A stretch of DNA of 64,000 nt from an uncultured virus (IMG/VR IMGVR_UViG_3300045391_005857) (taxonomy: Duplodnaviria; Heunggongvirae; Uroviricota; Caudoviricetes), in the IMG/VR virus record IMGVR_UViG_3300045391_005857. One strand, given 5' to 3'. A program made the position numbers and the translations under genes. This document shows positions 9,383 to 19,099 of this stretch, in pieces. The notes beneath the pieces were generated by a model, which saw only the letters and a program-made list of their open reading frames with translations, did no database searches and was not told where the DNA came from. How positions within the stretch are numbered: position 1 is the first letter of the stretch; each line of letters begins with the position of its first letter.

Positions 9383-9801
9383 GCGAAGTCAATCGCGAGC
9401 TGATTCGCGAGAAGGTCAAGGCGCGGGAGTTAGCACTGGCGACACTGACTTTGGTGGAGGACGAGCTGCGGCCGTTCTCTGACGAAGCCAAGCAGGCCTA
9501 TCTGGAACAGCTTCGCGAACATTGCGATCGGTTGTTACCGCCCAAGCCGCCGGTCGTACCGGCGACGGGTCTGCAAGAGATAACCGAGATCGAAGCGCGT
9601 CGCTTCGAGCGGCATACGCTGCCGTTCGGTAAATACGTCGATCGGACGATCGGTGCCGTGGTCGAATTACGCGGTGGCGCCAGCTATCTGGCGTGGCTGG
9701 CCGACCAGCGATTCATCGATCAGCTCCGGCTGTACCTCAAGCGTCCCGAAATCAAACGATTGATTGCTGACGATGTCTCGGATATACCAGTCCGCGAGTG
9801 A
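9379..9801 (+). CDS. Hypothetical protein with LPFGKY...YLAWL (DUF3820 / ExoX C-terminal-like) module
   Basis: Motif recognition; ATGA overlap. Confidence 0.65.
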   Translation: MSEVNRELIREKVKARELALATLTLVEDELRPFSDEAKQAYLEQLREHCDRLLPPKPPVVPATGLQEITEIEARRFERHTLPFGKYVDRTIGAVVELRGGASYLAWLADQRFIDQLRLYLKRPEIKRLIADDVSDIPVRE

Positions 9802-10651
9802 CGGCAACCCCGCACTGCACCTCGGCGAGTTCTGGGAGGTGTTACCGGGCGAGCTGTGTCGCCCGACCGACGGCCTCGACCTGCGTCGCAGCTTCCGCTT
9901 CGGCACGAAGACCGAAGAGGGGCTTTACCAGGGCGACACCGATCTGGTGCCGATCGAGGTAGCTCCCGAAGTAGAAGTCATCTGGGCGTTCAATCCGGAT
10001 ATTGACCCACCGGCCGGCAAAACGCGACTGGAGCGGTTGAAGCCGGGGCAGTTGTTTTACTTCGAAGACGATGCGTTAAACTTCCAGCACGATTGGCGAT
10101 TGCAAGAGGCAGTCGAGCAGGGAGCCTTGCACACCGCACACCGCGACTGGATGGCTCCGCGTTTTGACCAGGCCCCTGTCACGCCGAGCCCGTTTGATTC
10201 GATCGTGGTGATCGTCCCGCAAATCGTGCCGCCGGATGAGGCCGGCGTGTGCGACGGCTGCGCCAACACCGGCTGGTACTACGACAACTGGAGCGGTGTT
10301 GCCGAGCGAATGCGAGAAGGCGCTCCGGCGATTACGTATTGCTCGGTTTGCCACATCGTCGAAAGTGCTACTGCGGCGGCGCGAATCGCCAGAGGGTTAG
10401 GGCTGGGTGCGACGTCGCCGGAGGTAGAGCCATTTCGCCAACGGCGGCGTGTGCATTACAGTTACACCGCCAAGATCAGTTTCAAATCGGATAACCCGCT
10501 AGGTATACCGGCCGTCGCGGTCGAACAAGCGATCTGGGACTTACTGTCGGAGAAATATCCGGAAGACATCCAGGTGTGCGTGCGGGCCGATCAGCCTACC
10601 ACCCCTCTACCACCGCCGACCGAGCGCAGTAGAGTAATCTCGCTCGACTAG
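9764..10651 (+). CDS. Hypothetical protein; C-terminal variant tag RSRVISLD
   Basis: 295-aa ORF with CDGC and CSVC; exact start uncertain. Confidence 0.65.
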   Translation: MLTMSRIYQSASDGNPALHLGEFWEVLPGELCRPTDGLDLRRSFRFGTKTEEGLYQGDTDLVPIEVAPEVEVIWAFNPDIDPPAGKTRLERLKPGQLFYFEDDALNFQHDWRLQEAVEQGALHTAHRDWMAPRFDQAPVTPSPFDSIVVIVPQIVPPDEAGVCDGCANTGWYYDNWSGVAERMREGAPAITYCSVCHIVESATAAARIARGLGLGATSPEVEPFRQRRRVHYSYTAKISFKSDNPLGIPAVAVEQAIWDLLSEKYPEDIQVCVRADQPTTPLPPPTERSRVISLD

Positions 10652-10681
10652 GCTACTCGTTTCCAACTACAAGGATTTTGC

Positions 10682-11779
10682 ATGTCGCAAGTAGAATCAA
10701 TGCCCGGGCAGACCAACTTCCTGGAGCCACAGCAAGCAGCGCAGCCGCGACCGGTGATGGAGCTGCTGAAAGAGTTCGCGAAGACGCCCGGCTTGGAAAA
10801 CTACGCCAACGCCGGCGATCGCATCGAATTGCTGACGACCTATCTCTGGGTCCGCCAGCTTACCCCCGCGCTGCCGTTCGAGACGTTTCTGCAGCTATAC
10901 GCACCACTGGCCGATTACAACCCGGAGAACTGCAAGCATCCGGCTGATGCCATCAAGTCGCACTGCCCGCGTCGCGCTGCGGATGTCCCGGCCGGCCAAC
11001 ATCAGTGGACCGCAGCCGAGATCGTCGACTTCACGGTGTTGTACGTCGACATGATCCGTGAGGCCGAGCGAGTCGGTCAGCCCGTGCCGCTGGTCTACGA
11101 GCAGTTCCTCGCTCGGTTGAAGGAGGGCTACCTCCGCGGCGACTTCAAAGAGCCCGAGCCGGCGCCGACTCCCAAGGTCGAGAAACCGAAGAAGACCAAG
11201 ACGACGGCACCGACGGAGACAGTGGCCGTACGGCCGACGGCCGCCAACCAACGCGTTCTGTATACGATCGCCAATGAGGGCAATCGCCAGGTGCGCGGCG
11301 TCGTGCAGGCGATCACGGCCGACGAGGGAAGCGATCGCAAGTACGTGACGTTCATGTCCGACGCCGGCGAAATCTTCAACGACGTCAATATCCTGCATAC
11401 GCAGGTGATTGACGATCCGCTCTGCCCGGGCGAGCCTGACACCCAGGGGCAGATCAAGCAAGAGGCCCAGCGACAGACGCTAACGATCCCCAAGTCAGTC
11501 GCCCCCGCCGTTCGCGACGCACTCAAGCTAACGACGGCGATGGCCAACATTGCTCCCGACGCGGCGTTGTGGACCTACGCGGCGTCGTTCGGCGACGCTT
11601 ACGAGGCGCTGGTGGACGTGGTCAACGATCCCGGCGGTCCTTACGTCGATGCCCGCCTGGTGCAAATCCCCGGCGACAAAATCGTCGCGGAGCTGCCGCC
11701 GCGGAAGAACATCGAAGGTGAGTATCGGTTTCCGCTGGAGCACGCTGTGCTGATCTTGGATGTGAAGGTGCGTGAATGA
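10682..11779 (+). CDS. Hypothetical protein
   Basis: 365-aa ORF; AAGGA SD. Confidence 0.75.
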   Translation: MSQVESMPGQTNFLEPQQAAQPRPVMELLKEFAKTPGLENYANAGDRIELLTTYLWVRQLTPALPFETFLQLYAPLADYNPENCKHPADAIKSHCPRRAADVPAGQHQWTAAEIVDFTVLYVDMIREAERVGQPVPLVYEQFLARLKEGYLRGDFKEPEPAPTPKVEKPKKTKTTAPTETVAVRPTAANQRVLYTIANEGNRQVRGVVQAITADEGSDRKYVTFMSDAGEIFNDVNILHTQVIDDPLCPGEPDTQGQIKQEAQRQTLTIPKSVAPAVRDALKLTTAMANIAPDAALWTYAASFGDAYEALVDVVNDPGGPYVDARLVQIPGDKIVAELPPRKNIEGEYRFPLEHAVLILDVKVRE

Positions 11780-13230
11780 GTACGCAGCCGCCTCACATTC
11801 TATGTATCGGCGACGCGATGCTCGATCGATGGGTAGAGGGCGATATGCGTCGCATTTCGCCCGAAGCCCCGGTGCCGATCGTCTTGCAGAAGCAAGTTAC
11901 CGATTCGCCCGGCGGCGCTGCCAACGTCGCGATGAACATTAAGTCGCTCGGCGGCAACGTGTTCTTCGCGGCCGGCGTCAATGAGCAGCAGGAGTCCGCC
12001 CAGCGACTGCAGCAATTCTTCCAACAGGTCTGGCCGATCCCGGTGGCGTGGTGTCATTGCTCGCGGCTGTACACACCGACCAAGACACGGTTCTTGGTCG
12101 GCGGCAAGCAGGTCCTGCGGGTCGATGACGAGCGGCCGGTACATTCGCCCAGCCACGGCGACGCTATGCTGCGGGCGATCTACGGCGTGTCCGGCGAGGA
12201 GAGCAACGTCAAGGCCGTGGTTGTTTCCGATTACAGCAAGGGCAGCATTACGCCCTCGCTGCGGCAACAGATTCGCGAGCTGAGCGTGCTGAGGGGTTGG
12301 CCGATCTTCCTCGACTGCAAGCCGGACTACTTTCGCGACTGGATCGATCCGCAGCGACGGGCTCAGATTCACCTGAAGGTCAATCTGTCCGAGGCGCTGC
12401 AGTTCTCCAAGCAAGAGGGCAACCTGCATCCCGGGCTGTCGATGGCGGATTCCGCTGCCGAAGTCGCTACTGAGTTCATCAGTCGCGCCAGCTTTACGAC
12501 CGTCACGGTGACGTGCGGGTCGCAAGGCGTGGTGTACTGGGAGCGCGGGCAGCTCCACCGGATTCCCACCACCCCGCGGTATGTCTACGACGTGACGGGG
12601 GCGGGCGACATTTTCATGGCGGCTATGGCTGTCGGCTATGTCGAAGGGCACACCCTGCACGAGGCCTTGCTGCGAGCCAACATCGCGGCCGGGCTCGCCG
12701 TTCAACGCACCGGCCTCAAGCGTATCCTCCGCGACGAGTGGGAAGATGGCGTGGTGGAGCATCGCGGCTGGGCCGGCAAGATGATGGGGGTCGATGCGGC
12801 GACAGCCTATGCGACGCGGAAACGCAACGCCGGCAACGTCGTTGTCTTGGCCAATGGATGCTTCGATGCCCTGCACGTGGGGCACATCCAGACGCTGGCC
12901 TTCGCCAAGCAGCAGGGCGACGTTCTGATCGTCGCTTACAACGATGATGATTCGGTTAAGGCCTTGAAGGGGCCAGACCGGCCGATCATCGCCGAGGCAT
13001 TCCGCGGGGCGCAGCTTGCGATGCTCGGCTCAGTGGATTGTGCCGTGCGATTTGGCGGCAGTGTCGAAGACCTGGTGCGGCGGATTCACCCCGACGTGCT
13101 CGTCAAGGGAGCCCAGTACCGCGATACCGTCGTGCCGGGTGCCGACTACGTCGCCAGCCACGGCGGTGTGGTCGCCTTCGCGCCCATGATTCCTCGGGTC
13201 AGCACGACCGGAATCGAGCAACAACGCTAG
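11776..13230 (+). CDS. hldE: Bifunctional heptose-7-phosphate kinase / heptose-1-phosphate adenylyltransferase
   Basis: IGDAMLD...RISPEAPVP, PGGAANVA, SDYSKG, DVTGAGD (PfkB kinase); NGCFDALHVGH, LKGPDRP, PDVLVKG, STT (nucleotidyltransferase). Confidence 0.93.
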   Translation: MSTQPPHILCIGDAMLDRWVEGDMRRISPEAPVPIVLQKQVTDSPGGAANVAMNIKSLGGNVFFAAGVNEQQESAQRLQQFFQQVWPIPVAWCHCSRLYTPTKTRFLVGGKQVLRVDDERPVHSPSHGDAMLRAIYGVSGEESNVKAVVVSDYSKGSITPSLRQQIRELSVLRGWPIFLDCKPDYFRDWIDPQRRAQIHLKVNLSEALQFSKQEGNLHPGLSMADSAAEVATEFISRASFTTVTVTCGSQGVVYWERGQLHRIPTTPRYVYDVTGAGDIFMAAMAVGYVEGHTLHEALLRANIAAGLAVQRTGLKRILRDEWEDGVVEHRGWAGKMMGVDAATAYATRKRNAGNVVVLANGCFDALHVGHIQTLAFAKQQGDVLIVAYNDDDSVKALKGPDRPIIAEAFRGAQLAMLGSVDCAVRFGGSVEDLVRRIHPDVLVKGAQYRDTVVPGADYVASHGGVVAFAPMIPRVSTTGIEQQR

Positions 13231-13325
13231 TCCCGTGTTGACCCTAGTGCTAGCCGGGCCTATATTTACGAGTGATCTCTGACGCTCTGCCCTCTTTGCG
13301 CCGGGCGGGCTATGCTTGATCTTCG

Positions 13326-13361
13326 ACAACGCCCTAGCGGGAGGCTCCGCAGGGCGTTTGT
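13326..13361. terminator. Hairpin between convergent hldE and csrA
   Basis: ACAACGCCCT...AGGGCGTTTGT arms with an inner GCGG/CCGC stem. Confidence 0.45.
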
Positions 13362-13365
13362 CATT

Positions 13366-13581
13366 TCAGGACTTGGTTTTCGACCGCGGCTTTTTGGTCC
13401 GCGGCGTGTCCACCTTCTCACCGGACTTGATCGCGTCGTAGACTTCCTGACGATGCACACCCACTTCATCCGGGGCGGTGATGCCGATCCTTACTTTGTC
13501 GCCGCGGATGTCGGCGATCGTGATTGTGATGTTGTCACCGATGCGGATCGACTCGCTGCGTTTGCGTGAGAGCACGAGCAT
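13366..13581 (-). CDS. csrA: Carbon storage regulator (RNA-binding translational regulator)
   Basis: [18 protein letters not shown]...[25 protein letters not shown] on the minus strand. Confidence 0.95.
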   Translation of the reverse strand: MLVLSRKRSESIRIGDNITITIADIRGDKVRIGITAPDEVGVHRQEVYDAIKSGEKVDTPRTKKPRSKTKS

Positions 13582-13669
13582 GGCGTCACTCCTTTGACTA
13601 CCCTAAGATTCCTGTATCAAGCGAGGCTGGCAATCGTAGCGAGAAGGCCAATTTGCGGAAAGGCGAACC

Positions 13670-14029
13670 GTGCCAGATTTCTTTGATGACCTGTATCGCA
13701 AAGCCATGCGGCGCGAGCACCCCCGGCTGGTGATGCATCACACCCTGAAGCATCACGTGGGGATTACCAGCGGCGACCTGGCTCTTGCCCGTCTGGCCGA
13801 CGGGTTACTGTCTCTGGGAGATGAGTTCGAAGACCGGATGCGAATCGTGGCCAACCAAAATCGCATTCGCTTACGAGATGTGAAGTACCTCTGCCCGATC
13901 TGCGAGCAGAGCAACTGTCCGGCGGCGGTGGCGATGATGCCCATGCCGGCCCACGTCAAACAGTTTGTCGCCCATCTGTTGAGCGGGGGGCAGGCTTATC
14001 AACATGAAGACGACGATCCTGGTACTTAG
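13670..14029 (+). CDS. Hypothetical protein (CPICEQSNC)
   Basis: GTG start, divergent from csrA. Confidence 0.6.
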   Translation: MPDFFDDLYRKAMRREHPRLVMHHTLKHHVGITSGDLALARLADGLLSLGDEFEDRMRIVANQNRIRLRDVKYLCPICEQSNCPAAVAMMPMPAHVKQFVAHLLSGGQAYQHEDDDPGT

Positions 14030-14036
14030 AAACCGA
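14021..14036 (+). promoter_or_regulatory. Dispersed motif GGTACTTAGAAACCGA, copy 3
   Basis: Spans stop TAG 14027-14029 and abuts the sbcD ATG at 14036. Confidence 0.6.
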
Positions 14037-15166
14037 TGGCTAACATCACACCCCTGGCGATCGCCACTGGCGACACGCATCTGCGGAAGAATACCTGGTC
14101 CAAACATCCGACGCTGAGCGGCGACGCTTACCGGGCGTTCAACGAGATCGTAGATATCTGCATCCGCGAAAAGCTGCCGCTACTCCTGCTCGGCGACATC
14201 ATGGATAGCCAGCGACCCGACTCGGAGACCGTGGCCGTGTTCTGCGCGGCGATGGACGCGATGAAGCGGGCCGGGCTGTCAGTCTACTTCGTGCAGGGCA
14301 ACCACGACTTCGCGATGCCTCCGTGGCCATGCGTGCATCCGTGGCCCGAGCCGGTGCATCGTAAATACTTCAACCTGGGGCCATTTAGTTGCTACGGCAT
14401 CGATTACACGCCTCGCGACAAGCTGCAGGCCGAACTCGACCAGGTGCCGCCTACTACCCAGATTCTATGCATGCATCAGGCGTGGTCCGACATGCTGACG
14501 ATCGGCGCCACCGACGGCGAGTTCGCCCAGATCAAGCACGGCCGTTACTTACTGACCGGCGATTACCATAAGCACGGCATGTATCGCAAGCCGGGCTGCA
14601 GCATTGAGTATGCCCTGTCGCCCGGCTCGACGACGATGCAGGCCCTCAATGAGGACCAGCAGAAGTACGTCTTCAAACTCGGCGTCGACACGTCTGGTCA
14701 ACTGGCTTACGAATCGGTGCCGCTCTACAGCAATCGCGGCTTCGCGGAGCTGGCTGTGCGTACGCCGGAGGAGTTGGCCAGCGTCGTGCGGTTCATGGAG
14801 GCCCATCGCACACTGGACGACGGACCTACCTCGCTGCGGCCGATCGTACGGATCAAGATCGCCGACGACGTGCCCGGTGCTTACGAGCAGATCGCGGCCG
14901 TTGCCAATGGCGTGCATCTCTTTCCGGAGCTGCAATCGACTGCGGCGGAAGACGTCGTGGTCCAGATCGGCGAGACGCCCCAGAACGTCGACTTCGAGAC
15001 GCTCGAAAGCGGCCTTATCGCTATGCACACGCAGGGCAAGATCAGCGACGAGTCCTACAGCATCGCGATCAACCTCCTGCGGTCTGCTACCTTCAACCCC
15101 CAAGCCATCTACGAGGATCTGTGTGCGAGGCTCCGCCTCCAGACACAACAAAAAGTATGCACCTAG
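14036..15166 (+). CDS. sbcD: SbcD/Mre11-like metallophosphoesterase nuclease
   Basis: GDTH, LGDIMD, GNHD, MHQ, GDYH, PGS motifs; adjacent to SbcC. Confidence 0.88.
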   Translation: MANITPLAIATGDTHLRKNTWSKHPTLSGDAYRAFNEIVDICIREKLPLLLLGDIMDSQRPDSETVAVFCAAMDAMKRAGLSVYFVQGNHDFAMPPWPCVHPWPEPVHRKYFNLGPFSCYGIDYTPRDKLQAELDQVPPTTQILCMHQAWSDMLTIGATDGEFAQIKHGRYLLTGDYHKHGMYRKPGCSIEYALSPGSTTMQALNEDQQKYVFKLGVDTSGQLAYESVPLYSNRGFAELAVRTPEELASVVRFMEAHRTLDDGPTSLRPIVRIKIADDVPGAYEQIAAVANGVHLFPELQSTAAEDVVVQIGETPQNVDFETLESGLIAMHTQGKISDESYSIAINLLRSATFNPQAIYEDLCARLRLQTQQKVCT

Positions 15167-17628
15167 AAACGCTGGAGCTGGTGAACTTCTGCCAGCATCG
15201 TCACCTGTTGCACAATTTCTCGCAGGGACTGACGGCCGTGATCGGGCCCAATGGCTCCGGGAAGTCCAATCTCCTCGGGGCGGTCCGCTACGCCCTTACG
15301 GGCACAATCCCGAACGTCGGCGACAAAGCCGAGAACATCTGCCAGCTTGCTCCGCCCGACGAGAAGTCGTATGTGCGGATGGTGTTTACCCACGGGCTCA
15401 ACACCCGCTTGGAGGTAACGCGCTTCCTGCGGCCCAATACGAAGACCAAGCTGAGCGTTACGCACGACCCCGGCATGCCGGCGCCGGCACAAGCCAACGA
15501 GCACGTTCACGGCGACAACGCCGTCAACGCCCGCATCCGCGAGCTACTCGGCCGCGAGTTCGACACCATCAGCGACATGGTGCTCGTGCCGCAGGATCAG
15601 TTGTTCGGCTTCCTCGACCAGATTCCGTCGGAGCGGGCCAAGTCGTTCCAGCGGCTGTTTCGTACGGAGGCGGCGCAGTCCATCCATCAAGCGCTGGGTA
15701 CGTTCCTGGCGACGGTGCCGCAGCCTGGCGAATCCACGGTCGACCTGGCGAGGGCTCAACTGGAGCAAGCGCAGACGACGCTGGAGGGCTGGGAGGCGGC
15801 GGTAGCTCCGCTGCGACCCGCGGCGACGATCCAGGCTGAACGCGACAACGCGGTGAAGGTCATCGGGGCTTACGAGTCTCGATCCGGAGCTGCCTCGGTT
15901 ATCCAGCAAGAGCGGCAGCAGCTTGAGACGTTGCTCAATGATCTGCAGATGGTCGAGCGGCTGCGGGTCACTTACAGCGAGCAGCACGTCGCGCTACAGA
16001 AGCAATTGGCCGGTATGCAGTCGCTGAGCGATCAGGCCCGCGCTGCGCTGACGAACCTGGCCAACTATCGCAAGATGGATGTCGCCCGACAGCAGATTCG
16101 CGAGGGCAAAGCGCGCGATCAAGCGGAGCTGGACGGCCTGCAATCGATGCCACGACCGATGGAATACCAGGAGCTGACGGTGCGGCGGACTGCCTTGCAG
16201 GATGCCCTGCATAAGCTGACGTCGCTCCAGGCAGTGCTAGGGTCGCTGACGTTGGCCCAGGCTGAGCAATCGGTCAAGAACATGCAGGCGGAGCTGGCGG
16301 CGCTGGTGCCGCCAGTGATTCCGGACGCGTATCTACCGGTCAGCGAGCGCGAGCAGATGGTTAGCCAGCTCGGCGGCGCTTTGCAGCGTGAGACCGAGTT
16401 CCTGGCCGCGTTCGAGACGACTGGCGTGGCGGAGTGTCCGACTTGCCATACGCCGGCCGCGTCGCTGGCCGATCGGGTGGCGGCGGTACGAGCGGCGATG
16501 CCGACCAGGATTGCGGAATACGCGAATGCCAAAGCGTTCCGCGACGCCTGCGAGCGTTACGACCTGGACATGTCGCAGTATCGTGTCCGCAGGGAAGGGC
16601 TGGAGCAGCAGTTGCCATATTGGCAGGAGCAGATCGCCAAGCTGCGACAGCTCCCGGACCTGCAACAAGCCCACGCGCAAGCGCAGTACGTCCACGACAT
16701 CTCGTTGCGGTACGACAACTGGATGACCGCCTACAACGATCGGAAGACGCAGCTCACCGAGGCGATCGCGAACTGGACGCGGCAAGAAGCCGCGCTGCAG
16801 ACGATTGATCAGCCAGTGGCGAATGAGGCCGAGCTGAACGAGATCATCAACAACCAGACGATCTTGGAGACGACGCTCAAGACCGCTGAGCGAAACGTGC
16901 AGACGCAGCAACAAGAGGTGTCGCGACTGCAAGGGCAGATCGGGCAGCTCCGGTCTAGTCTCGCTGCCCGCGAGGGTACGTTGGCTGGGCTGACGGAGGT
17001 CACCGTCGCGCAGCATCAGCAAGCGGTACAGGCTCAAGCCCTGCTCGACCAGGAGTTGCAACACCGCCAGCAATCCGACACGCACCTGGTCACCGCCCGG
17101 CAAGCCGTGGCGTACTGGCAGCAGCAGCTCGCCGCGGCGCAAACCGCCGAACGCGAGGCACTGATCGTACGGGCCGCCCTCGGCCAACTGCAGTCGGTAC
17201 GCGAGTTGTTCCACCACTCGAACCTGCCGCGGTTTACCGCCCACCGGAACCTGCAACGGTTGCAGCTCCGGATCAACGATTTCCTGGCGATGTTCTCGAC
17301 CGACTACCGCGTCCAGGCGGATGAGGGTCTGAGCTTCGTCGCTAACTTCCCCGACGGCCGGCGTCAACCGGCGGAGCGGCTCTCAGGCGGGCAGAAGGTC
17401 ATACTGGCCTTGGCTTTTCGTCTGGCAGTCAATGTAATGTTTGCAGAGAACGTCGGCATGCTCGCACTCGACGAGCCCACGGCGTTTCTCGACGAACACC
17501 ACATCCGCGGCTTCGAGCCCGTGCTGGCCCGCTTGCGAGAGTATTCCCACTCTCGCGGCCTGCAGTGCGTGATGATCACGCACGAGCGGGGCCTGGCCCC
17601 GCTCTTCGACGCGGCGATCACGCTGTAA
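15157..17628 (+). CDS. sbcC: SbcC/Rad50-like SMC ATPase
   Basis: Walker A GPNGSGKS, coiled coils, Zn hook CPTC, signature LSGGQ, Walker B LDEPT, ITH. Confidence 0.93.
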   Translation: MHLETLELVNFCQHRHLLHNFSQGLTAVIGPNGSGKSNLLGAVRYALTGTIPNVGDKAENICQLAPPDEKSYVRMVFTHGLNTRLEVTRFLRPNTKTKLSVTHDPGMPAPAQANEHVHGDNAVNARIRELLGREFDTISDMVLVPQDQLFGFLDQIPSERAKSFQRLFRTEAAQSIHQALGTFLATVPQPGESTVDLARAQLEQAQTTLEGWEAAVAPLRPAATIQAERDNAVKVIGAYESRSGAASVIQQERQQLETLLNDLQMVERLRVTYSEQHVALQKQLAGMQSLSDQARAALTNLANYRKMDVARQQIREGKARDQAELDGLQSMPRPMEYQELTVRRTALQDALHKLTSLQAVLGSLTLAQAEQSVKNMQAELAALVPPVIPDAYLPVSEREQMVSQLGGALQRETEFLAAFETTGVAECPTCHTPAASLADRVAAVRAAMPTRIAEYANAKAFRDACERYDLDMSQYRVRREGLEQQLPYWQEQIAKLRQLPDLQQAHAQAQYVHDISLRYDNWMTAYNDRKTQLTEAIANWTRQEAALQTIDQPVANEAELNEIINNQTILETTLKTAERNVQTQQQEVSRLQGQIGQLRSSLAAREGTLAGLTEVTVAQHQQAVQAQALLDQELQHRQQSDTHLVTARQAVAYWQQQLAAAQTAEREALIVRAALGQLQSVRELFHHSNLPRFTAHRNLQRLQLRINDFLAMFSTDYRVQADEGLSFVANFPDGRRQPAERLSGGQKVILALAFRLAVNVMFAENVGMLALDEPTAFLDEHHIRGFEPVLARLREYSHSRGLQCVMITHERGLAPLFDAAITL

Positions 17629-18533
17629 TGCTCACGGAAGACAACTACCTGAAACTCTACACGGAGCGTGATCGCGACGTGGTCTGGATGGCCGACGGCT
17701 TGCGCACACCTAAATGTGCGGAAGTCTCGGTGTCCCGGGTGTTGGAGCAGGTGCGTGGGCGACAGCTCGCGATTCGCGTGCTGGGATTGCCGCAGAACGC
17801 CAAGCTCTTGGCCGGGCTCTGTGATTTTCACGAGCACGGCCAGGTGCATCGCTTGGAGATCGCCGGACCACTGGTCTGCGAGACGGACGCCGAGCGGGCC
17901 GATCCCGCCAAGACGCTGTTTCGCATGCGGCAATGCTTGCTCAGTCCCAGCCTCGGCGGCTGGCACGTGGCGAGTCAAGCCGACACGGCGATTTATCGCT
18001 TGATCGCCCAGCGGCAAGCGAAGCCGGCGGACGAGGAGAGCGACGAGCTAGTTCGCCAGCATCCGGTGTGGCGGGATTTATCGTTCGTCGGCCGCGTGCG
18101 TCTGCGCGCGGCCGGCGAGGTCCTGGTCCACCTGATCGATCCGCGCTGGTACATTGATCCCCACCACCCGGACCGTACGGCCCGGGCGGAGTCGTTCATG
18201 GGCGTCCAGCGAACGCGAGGTAATCGCGACGAGCGGGACCCGCGGTACGAACGGTATCTGACGGTGCTGCGAGCCTGGAAATGCGAACCACCGCCGGAGC
18301 CGGCCGACATGGAGCGACCGGAATACTTTTTGTGGCGAATTCACCGCGAGCAGGAGGGGGACTGGCGGGGCGACCTGCGAGCCTCCAGCATGTTCCTGCG
18401 GTATTTGCTGCGTACCTGGCTGCAGCGGATCGTTGATCTGACGCCGCGGCCGCAGAAGCTGTTTTCACCGTCCGCCATGTTCCGGCCGTACGAAGCGGCC
18501 GCTTACCGGCAGCACATCGCCAGCGTGCCGTGA
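17628..18533 (+). CDS. Hypothetical protein with possible IS110/Nop-like domain
   Basis: HPVWRDLSFVGRV...AAGEVLVHLIDPRWY...AESFMGV and FLRYLLRTW resemble the HhH/Nop region of IS110-family proteins; TAATG coupling to sbcC. Confidence 0.45.
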   Translation: MLTEDNYLKLYTERDRDVVWMADGLRTPKCAEVSVSRVLEQVRGRQLAIRVLGLPQNAKLLAGLCDFHEHGQVHRLEIAGPLVCETDAERADPAKTLFRMRQCLLSPSLGGWHVASQADTAIYRLIAQRQAKPADEESDELVRQHPVWRDLSFVGRVRLRAAGEVLVHLIDPRWYIDPHHPDRTARAESFMGVQRTRGNRDERDPRYERYLTVLRAWKCEPPPEPADMERPEYFLWRIHREQEGDWRGDLRASSMFLRYLLRTWLQRIVDLTPRPQKLFSPSAMFRPYEAAAYRQHIASVP

Positions 18534-18547
18534 GGTTGGGTAGAGCT

Positions 18548-19099
18548 ATGCAGGAGGTAATAGCTCGCTTGCAGTTCATCCGGCCAGCGCTCGGCTATGC
18601 GGAGCGACGAGCCCGGTCCGAGCAAGTCGTCTACACCTGGCCCCGCGATCCGCAGCAGCGGTTGATGTTCTTGTCGTCCTGGTGGCACGAGCGGATGAAC
18701 TACGCCGCCAAAGTGCTCAGTCGCTACTCCGCACTGGTGGCCCAAATCAGTTGGGACCAGGCGATCGGTTACGACGGAAATATCAGCCAGTTTCGCCGCG
18801 ACGTGTGGAGAGAAAAACAGGGCTGTATGGTAAGATCAGGCTATGCCGAGCATGAGGCGATTCGGGCAGGCGCTGAGATCACTGTGCGTGCTGTCCTACC
18901 CAGCAATTTACCGCTGGAAGCGTTCCGCGAATTATTGGATATCGTGGGCCGCTACAAGGGGATTTCTCCTTACCGATCGGACACGGAGGCGTACGGCACC
19001 TTCGCTGTCCTGACCGTGCAACCCGTGATGCGGGTAGTGGCCGATCACGCCGTTGAAGGGACCCAATGCAAATCATCATCCGCCGCAGCGGAACCTTAA
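18548..19099 (+). CDS. Stand-alone RAMP (Cas7/Csm3-like) fold protein, putative
   Basis: N-terminal strand VIARLQFIRPALG; HEAIRAGAEITV...LLDIVGRYKGISPYRS...YGTFAV glycine-loop-like C-terminus. Confidence 0.5.
   Translation: MQEVIARLQFIRPALGYAERRARSEQVVYTWPRDPQQRLMFLSSWWHERMNYAAKVLSRYSALVAQISWDQAIGYDGNISQFRRDVWREKQGCMVRSGYAEHEAIRAGAEITVRAVLPSNLPLEAFRELLDIVGRYKGISPYRSDTEAYGTFAVLTVQPVMRVVADHAVEGTQCKSSSAAAEP

Noticed and set aside
17628..18533. Active IS110 insertion sequence
   Set aside because: No DEDD catalytic N-terminus and no non-coding ends for a bridge RNA. The gene is translationally coupled to sbcC, so at most it is a domesticated domain.
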